This document shows positions 54,601 through 64,000 of a DNA stretch of 64,000 nucleotides, in pieces. This stretch comes from Eledone cirrhosa (Eukaryota): contig OZ024747.1 in assembly GCA_964016885.1 (NCBI GenBank), positions 24,304,001 through 24,368,000 on the forward strand. The letters run 5' to 3'. The position numbers and the translations under genes were made by a program. The notes under the pieces were generated by a model. It was not told the origin of the DNA. It worked only from the letters and a program-made list of their open reading frames with translations, and searched no databases. Position 1 is the stretch's first letter. Each line of letters starts with the position of its first letter.

Positions 54601-57600
54601 AACACCAACAAGAACAAAACCAACATCATCAACAACACCAACAAGAACACAACCAACATCATCAACAACAACACCAACAAGAACACAACCAACATCATCA
54701 ACAACAACACCAACAAGAACACAACCAACATCAACAACACCAACAAGAACAAAACCAACATCATCAACAACAACACCAACAAGAACACAACCAACATCAT
54801 CAACAACACCAACAAGAACACAACCAACATCATCATCAACAACACCAACAAGAACAAAACCAACATCATCAACAACACCAACAAGAACACAACCAACATC
54901 ATCAACAACAACACCAACAAGAACACAACCAACATCATCAACAACAACACCAACAAGAACACAACCAACATCAACAACACCAACAAGAACAAAACCAACA
55001 TCATCAACAACACCAACAAGAACACAACCAACATCATCAACAACACCAACAAGAACACAACCAACATCATCAACAACACCAACAAGAACACAACCAACAT
55101 CAACAACAACACCAACAAGAACAGAACCAATATCAACAACAACACCAACAAGAACACAACCAACATCATCATCAACAACACCAACAAGAACACAACCAAC
55201 ATCATCATCAACAACACCAACAAGAACAAAACCAACATCATCAACAACACCAACAAGAACACAAACAACATCATCAACAACAACACCAACAAGAACACAA
55301 CCAACATCATCAACAACAACACCAACAAGAACGCAACCAACATCAACAACACCAACAAGAACAAAACCAACATCATCAACAACACCAACAAGAACACAAC
55401 CAACATCATCAACAACACCAACAAGAACACAACCAACATCATCATCAACAATACCAACAAGAACACAACCAACATCATCAACAACAACACCAACAAGAAC
55501 ACAACCAACATCATCATCAACAACACCAACAAGAACACAACCAACATCATCAACAACAACACCAACAAGAACACAACCAACATCATCAACAACAACACCA
55601 ACAAGAACACAACCAACAACACCAACAAGAACATAACCAACATCATCAACAACAACACCAACAAGAACACAACCAACATCATCAACAACAACACCAACAA
55701 GAACACAACCAACATCATCATCAACAACACCAACAAGAACACAACCAACATCATCAACAACAACACCAACAAGAACACAACCAACATCATCAACAACAAC
55801 ACCAACAAGAACACAACCAACATCATCAACAACAACACCAACAAGAACACAACCAACATCAACAACAACACCAACAAGAACACAACCAACATCATCAACA
55901 ACAACACCAACAAGAACACAACCAACATCAGCAACAACACCAACAAGAACAAAACCAACATCATCAACAACAACACCAACAAGAACACAACCAACACCAA
56001 CAAGAACACAACCAACATCAGCAACAACAACACCAACAAGAACAAAACCAACATCAACAACACCAACAAGAACACAACCAACATCATCAACAACAACACC
56101 AACAAGAACACAACCAACATCAACAACAACACCAACAAGAACACAACCAACATCATCAACAACACCAACAAGAACACAACCAACATCAGCAACAACAACA
56201 CCAACAAGAACAAAACCAACATCAACAACACCAACAAGAACACAACCAACATCATCAACAACAACACCAACAAGAACACAACCAACATCAACAACAACAC
56301 CAACAAGAACAAAACCAACATCATCAACAACAACACCAACAAGAACACAACCAACATCATCATCAACAACACCAACAAGAACACAACCAACATCAGCAAC
56401 AACAAAACCAACAAGAACAAAACCAACATCAACAACACCAACAAGAACACAACCAACATCATCAACAACAACACCAACAAGAACACAACCAACATCAGCA
56501 ACAACACCAACAAGAACAAAACCAACATCATCAACAACAACACCAACAAGAACACAACCAACATCATCAACAACACCAACAAGAACACAACTAACATCAG
56601 CAACAACAACACCAACAAGAACAAAACCAACATCAACAACACCAACAAGAACACAACCAACATCATCAACAACAACACCAACAAGAACACAACCAACATC
56701 AACAACACCAACAAGAACACAACCAACATCAGCAACAACAACACCAACAAGAACAAAACCAACATCATCAACAACAACACCAACAAGAACACAACCAACA
56801 TCATCATCAACAACACCAACAAGAACACAACCAACATCATCAACAACAACACCAACAAGAACACAACCAACATCAACAACACCAACAAGAACACAACCAA
56901 CATCATCATCAACAACACCAACAAGAACACAACCAACATCATCAACAAGAACACCAACAAGAACACAACCAACAACACCAACAAGAACACAACCAACATC
57001 ATCATCAACAACACCAACAAGAACACAACCAACATCATCAACAACAACACCAACAAGAACACAACCAACATCAACAACAACACCAACAAGAACACAACAA
57101 ACATCATCATCAACAACACCAACAAGAACACAACCAACATCAACAACACCAACAAGAAGACAACCAACATCATCATCAACAACACCAACAAGAACACAAC
57201 CAACATCATCAACAACAACACCAACAAGAACACAACAAACATCATCATCAACAACACCAACAAGAACACAACCAACATCAACAACAACAACACCAACAAG
57301 AACACAACAAACATCATCATCAACAACACCAACAAGAACACAACCAACATCAACAACAACAACACCAACAAGAACACAACAAACATCATCAACAACAACA
57401 CCAACAAGAACACAACCAACATCATCAACAACAACACCAACAAGAACACAACCAACATCAGCAACAACACCAACAAGAACACAACCAATATCAACAACAA
57501 CACCAACAAGAACACAACCAACATCAACAACAACAACACCAACAAGAACACAACAAACATCATCATCAACAACACCAACAAGAACACAACCAACATCATC

Positions 57601-59610
57601 AACAACAACACCAACAAGAACACAACCAACATCATCAACAACAACACCAACAAGAACACAACCAACATCATCAACAACAACACCAACAAGAACACAACCA
57701 ACATCAGCAACAACAACACCAACAAGAACACAACCAATATCAACAACAACAACACCAACAAGAACACAACCAACATCATCAACAACAACACCAACAAGAA
57801 CACAACCAACATCATCAACAACAACACCAACAAGAACACAACCAACATCATCAACAACAACACCAACAAGAACACAACCAACATCAACAACAACACCAAC
57901 AAGAACGCAACCAACATCATCATCAACAACACCAACAAGAACAAAACCAACATCATCAACAACAACACCAACAAGAACACAACCAACATCATCATCAACA
58001 ACACCAACAAGAACACAACCAACATCATCAACAACAACACCAACAAGAACACAACCAACATCATCATCAACAACACCAACAAGAACACAACCAACATCAT
58101 CATCAACAACACCAACAAGAACACAACCAACATCATCATCAACAACACCAACAAGTACAAAACCAACATCATCATCAACAATACCAACAAGAACACAACC
58201 AACATCATCATCAACAACACCAACAAGAACACAACCAACATCATCTTCAACACCAACAAGAACACAACCAACATCATCATCAACAACACCAACAAGAACA
58301 CAACCAACATCATCATCAACAACACCAACAAGAACAAAACCAACATCATCATCAACAACACCAACAAGAACACAACCAACATCATCATCGACAACACCAA
58401 CAAGAACACAACCAACATCATCATCAACACCAACAAGAACACAACCAACATCATCATCAACACCAACAAGAACACAACCAACATCATCATCAACAACACC
58501 AACAAGAACACAACCAACATCATCATCAACACCAACAAGAACACAACCAACATCATCATCAACAACACCAACAAGAACACAACCAACATCATCATCAACA
58601 ACACCAACAAGAACACAACCAACATCATCAACAACAACACCAACAAGAACACAACCAACATCATCATCAACAACACCAACAAGAACACAACCAACATCAT
58701 CAACAACACCAACAAGAACACAACCAACATCATCATCAACAACACCAACAAGAACAAAACCAACATCATCATCAACAACACCAACAAGAACACAACCAAC
58801 ATCATCATCAACAACACCAACAAGAACAAAACCAACATCATCATCAACAACACCAACAAGAACACAATCAACATCATCATCAACAACACCAACAAGAACA
58901 CAACCAACATCATCATCAACACCAACAAGAACACAACCAACATCATCAACAACAACACCAACAAGAACACAACCAACATCATCAACAACAACACCAACAA
59001 GAACACAACCAACATCATCATCAACAACACCAACAAGAACAAAACCAACATCATCATCAACAACACCAACAAGAACACAACCAACATCAACAACAACAAC
59101 ACCAACAAGAACACAACCAACATCAACAACAACACCAACAAGAACACAACCAACATCATCATCAACAACACCAACAAGAACACAACCAACATCAACAACA
59201 ACACCAACAAGAACACAACCAACATCAACAACAACAACACCAACAAGAACACAACCAACATCATCATCAACAACACCAACAAGAACACAACCAACATCAA
59301 CAACAACACCAACAAGAACACAACCAACATCATCAACAACAACACCAACAAGAACACAACCAACATCATCATCAACAACACCAACAAGAACACAACCAAC
59401 ATCATCAACAACAACACCAACAAGAACACAACCAACATCAACAACAACACCAACAAGAACAAAACCAACATCATCATCAACAAGAGAATCAACAGCAACA
59501 TTAAAATCAGCAATCCCAACATCATCATCAACAGTACCAACCTCATCATCAACAATAACAACAACATTATCTCCAACACAAAGACCAACAACAACAACAA
59601 CAACAAAAAT
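51660..59610. repeat. ~8-kb triplet-based (AAC/ATC/ACC/AAG) minisatellite with a ~27-36-bp higher-order unit
   Basis: Unit aacaccaacaagaacacaaccaac(atc)n(aac)n; length variation occurs in whole triplets. Confidence 0.97.
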
Positions 59611-59667
59611 TGTATTATGAAGTTAATTAAAGAAAATATTTCAATAAAAAACGTTTTGTTTACTTAC

Positions 59668-59725
59668 TTTATTAAAACCTGCTTGGAGTAATGTGGCTAC
59701 ACAGGGTTCCTCTTTATCTGATGGA
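59668..59725 (-). CDS. PDE8: PDE8-family phosphodiesterase, internal exon (58 nt; xPSDKEEPCVATLLQAGFNK, end of REC-like region)
   Basis: ctctctccacag acceptor and gtaagt donor; phase 2 to 0; peptide resembles the vertebrate PDE8 segment (S/D)xxEExxVxxLLxAGFNR recalled from memory; splices in frame to RYLENS. Confidence 0.85.
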
Positions 59726-59729
59726 CTGT

Positions 59730-60230
59730 GGAGAGAGAGAGAGAGAGAGAGAGGGGGCGGAGAGAGAGAGAGTGAGTATTACTGTTATGGTAGTGGTACT
59801 GATGGGGAGAGAGAGTGAGGAGAGAGAGAGGGAGATAGAGTGAGGGAGAGAAAGAGAGAGAGTGAGTATTACTGTTATGGTAGTGGTACTGATGGGGAGA
59901 GAGGGGGGGGAGGGGGGGGGGGGAGAAAGAGGGGAGTAACAGAGAGAGTGAGTTAGTAAGTGAGAGAGATAGAGAGAAGGGGAGAGAGAGAGAGAGTAAG
60001 AGAGAAAGAGAAAGATAGAGAGTGACAGAGTATTACTGTTATGGTAGTGGTATTGATGGAGAGAGAGAGAGTGAGTGAGAGAGATAGAAAGTGAGAGCGA
60101 GAGAGAGAAAAAGAGAGAGAAAGAGAGAGAGAGAGGGTAAGAGAGAGGGAAAAGAGAGATAGAGTAAGAGAGAGAGAAAAGAGAGATAGGGTGTAAGAGA
60201 GAGAGAGAGGAAGAGAGTATTACTGTGTTA
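59730..60230. repeat. (GA)n tract with four copies of gagtattactgttatggtagtggtactgatgg
   Basis: Copies near 59775, 59865, 60028 and (partial) 60215; forms the polypyrimidine tract of the 59725 acceptor. Confidence 0.85.
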
Positions 60231-60835
60231 TAGGAGCGGTATTCCTATATATCTTGTATAAATGACTGAGAATTCTCAGGGAGATTCAGCTGACATAATT
60301 TGCGACAAAGCTGGTCCTTCCTTTGAATTACAGGTACAGTCCATCTTGTATTAAAGTGTAAGTGACTGAGCATTCCACAAACACATGTACCCTTAATGTA
60401 ATAATCAGGGAGATTCAGCATTTGTGGCAAATCTGACCAATTGAATTACTGGTACAATTCATCCAACAGGCTTCCAAACAGTTTCTGTTGGCCCAATTTC
60501 ACTCACAATGTCACACATTGGGATCAAACCTGGTACCTTTTGAATACAAAATGAACTTCTTAACATTCAGCCATGCTGTATCTATGCAACTAAAAAATAC
60601 TTACTTATGTTATCTTATGCAGCTGAAATCAATAACCAATAACTGATCTATTGGTTAACTGATATCCCCAATACACATTTCAGAGGATATCACAGGACCA
60701 ATAAATAGTGGAAAGGGGATTAACTGTGTTCTATAATCAATATTATTAATAAATATATTCTGCTACTGATATCATGTGTATTATATATCTATATCTATAT
60801 GCACATGCATACAAACAATATACACACACATCATG

Positions 60836-60872
<37 letters not shown>

Positions 60873-60952
60873 GTGTGTCTGATGGTAGCTAAGATGCTTC
60901 CATAGGCGGTATGCCGGTTGAGCACTCTATGATCATACAGTATGATAGAATA

Positions 60953-61208
60953 GAAAATGAAAAATCAGTGATACATCTGAACTCAATCTATTGTGTGTTA
61001 CAATTGTTTTGCCAGTGGACAGCTCGAGACACGAGCATATTCTCTCACTCTGAGAGAATATGCTCCAAAATCATTAGACGTGTCCGTCGAACCTGCGGGT
61101 CCAGAATCAGACAGATCCACACAATGATCGCGCCTCGAGCTGTCCGCCGGCGAAACAATTGTAACACACAATAAATTGAGTTCAGATGCATCACTGATTT
61201 TTCGTTTT
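60953..61208. repeat. Inverted repeat with ~85-bp arms and ~85-bp spacer
   Basis: aaaaatcagtgatacatctgaactcaatctattgtgtgttacaattgtttt..gacagctcgag pairs with ctcgagctgtcc..aaacaattgtaacacacaataaattgagttcagatgcatcactgattttt. Confidence 0.9.
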
Positions 61209-61291
61209 ATATTATATATAAATATATATATATATAGGATATTGTTTATCGTGATTTCGTGGGCTGAAATTCCGATTCGCGATTATTCTAC

Positions 61292-61323
<32 letters not shown>

Positions 61324-61460
61324 CAGGAAATGTGGTAAGGAAGCAGATGGACCATAACGCACCAAAGTACTCAATACTTAGGGTAGTAGAGTGGGTACTA
61401 CTCGTTCCTATATATATAGGTACTACTCATTCCTATATATATATATATATATATATATAA

Positions 61461-61803
61461 TCATCATCATCATCATCATTTCACGTCCGATTTCCCTGCT
61501 TGCAAGGGTGGGACGGGAACTGATTCTAGCTTGATTTCTACAGCTGGATGCCCTTCCTAACACCAACCTCATTTACAGTGAGTGCTGGGTGCTTTTTTGC
61601 CGTGGCACCTCCACGACCACTTTGCAGTGGAATGATAGGGAACCCAGTCCCTATCATCTCATTTCTACAGCTGAGTAAACTGGAGCAATGTGAAATAAAG
61701 TGTCTTCTTGCTCAAGGAAACAACACATCACCCAGTCTGAGAATTGAACTCACAACCTTTCGATTGCAAGGCCAATGCTCTAACCACTAAGCCATGTGCC
61801 TCC
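61461..61803 (-). mobile_element. SINE family A, full length
   Basis: Near-identical to the other copies, with a 3-nt duplication (tcttcttgc). Confidence 0.9.
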
Positions 61804-61806
61804 ATT

Positions 61807-61853
<47 letters not shown>

Positions 61854-62885
61854 ACGTACATATATATATAATACACATATATATGTATGCGTATATATAT
61901 ATATCCCTTCTATATACTGTACCGATTGTGTTGTTATTTCTGTTTACCTTTTACATACATATATACATACATACATACATATATATATATATTTCTGTTT
62001 ACCTTTTACATACATATATACATACATACATATATATATATTTAATATCTTTAAAACACACTGCCTTATCCAGATTGTCAATATACAATATACAGTTTGT
62101 GTAAACTGTAAATATTATTCGGTATCATGTTGCTGGTGGTGGTGGTGGGGAGGGGAAGAAGGATAGTATGATGACAGATTGCTACTAGACAACAATCACC
62201 TGTCTTCATTTGTCATCTGCCAGATGTGATCAAGAAAGGATTATCCCCCACATTACTCTTCAATCCTATATATATATATTACATATATACATGGTGGCTG
62301 CCAACTCGTTTTCGAGTACGGCCACTACTTTATATCCATGTAGGAGAACCCCTACCGATGCGCTGACGAGTGTGACTTTTTAGTCCAGCCAGCGACTTGA
62401 AAACTCTGGTACAAACACTACACCTGTGACAATTATTGATACATAGTGCTGGGCCCATGGTACAATGTGACGACAAGTGCAGAGAGATCTTCAGATATAA
62501 AGCAATGCCTGTGCCGTGAAGCTTTTATAGTGAGCAAAGGCACTGCACAAAGCCAGTCCCACTCTCTTAACCAAGATGATATTTACCAAAAAGAAGAACA
62601 AGTCAACATCATTGGATACCATCAGGGTTGCAGGTGTTATATCAGAGTTTTCCTTCTCCTAGAATTCTGCCTTAACAAAGGCTAAGGGGTCATCTCTCCC
62701 GATGATTTTGGATGGCCATTGACTCTTAAGAGCTCCTTTGCCCTTTGACAGGTTTTGTTTTTAGTCCTGCAGGATGTGCAAAGTCACCCTCCTCACCAAG
62801 AAACCTTGGTGGGGTAGCCAGTTTAGTCGCCAACGACCCGACCATGAGACATATATACATACATATATATACACACACACATATG

Positions 62886-62941
<56 letters not shown>

Positions 62942-63621
62942 ATATATATATACGATATTAACAAATGGAAACTATATTTATAAAACCATATTTATTTCAT
63001 TATACATATTTCAAGGACACCAAGTTAAATTATGGTGTGCTTTCATCAGATAAACCCACTACCACTGCTTCCAATCTGATAAATATTCTTCCTTCCTTCC
63101 ATCATACCACTTATATGTATATGACTAGGTCAGATGTGTTTATACCATGTAAATCCTATCAGAAACACCATCTATGCTGCTAGCCACCACTCCCCTCCCT
63201 AAGGCCACTGCATTTAACATCTACCACCCAACACTTTTCTTTCTCTCTTTCTCACTCTTCCACCCCTTCTACATTCCAACTCAATCTGTTTTTCCCATCA
63301 TATTCTTGCACCCCTCGTCCAGGTTCTTCTATTTATTAACCTCCTGGTCATACAGCCTTGATAAATATTGGATACAATAAATATTAGCCTTACAAAATTC
63401 AAGTATTTAAATCAACACTAGTGCTGATGATACTATAAAATGCACCCAGTACACTCTGTAAAATGGCAGATCTGGTGCAATGAGAAAATAGTCCCAGTAA
63501 ACTCTGCAAAATGATAATGTTGGCACTACAATAAAATGCACTCTGTAGACGTAGAAAATGTGCAGTTTGGGATGACCCTTTATAGTTGTGTATATTGTTA
63601 TATATATTATATATGTACGTT

Positions 63622-63656
<35 letters not shown>

Positions 63657-64000
63657 TACATGTGTACACATGGGTGTGCATGTGTGTATGTATGCGTACA
63701 CTTGTCTTTCTTAATATAAGATGGCTTTTGTAGTATATTTATTGTACTTCTGACATGTGGCTTTGTCTTCAGCTCTGCACTTACAATAGATGTGCTATGA
63801 CAAGTTTTATAATAGATTGTTATAGTATTGCACATTGTACTTGTTATATGTAAACATGTGAACTTGAAGTGAACATACAATTCTTAGTTGAATATCAAGA
63901 AAGTATGGCATTAAAAATTCCACTGAACTTTGAGTTGGTTGTATATCTTTAATTTTTTCTTTTACAATGAAACGTTAGAAATCATGACAATTTTCAGAAA

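Overview
AT-rich, microsatellite-dense eukaryotic (animal) genomic DNA. The SINE/LINE/MITE repertoire and satellite load suggest an octopod cephalopod, which is an inference and not proven. The whole window lies inside one minus-strand gene, a PDE8-family cAMP phosphodiesterase. I traced 11 internal exons (59725 down to 4419, about 1311 nt or 437 codons, about 2% of the window) with GT-AG boundaries and consistent phases. They run from the end of the REC-like region through the PAS domain and linker into the catalytic domain ([10 protein letters not shown] and HDVDHPG motifs). The 5' and 3' ends of the gene lie outside the window. The introns are filled with tRNA-derived SINEs, RTE, R4/Dong-like and Tx1-like LINE fragments, piggyBac-like (TTAA) and hAT MITEs, a mariner relic, and at least 9 large minisatellites. 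Almost all long ORFs in the supplied track are repeat artefacts. The most notable observations are: minisatellites built from copies of the gene's own splice junctions, two minimal hammerhead-ribozyme-like motifs in introns (one on the pre-mRNA strand), long intronic inverted repeats (candidate ADAR/back-splicing substrates), and satellites traceable to transposon parts. I found no clearly new multi-gene system.
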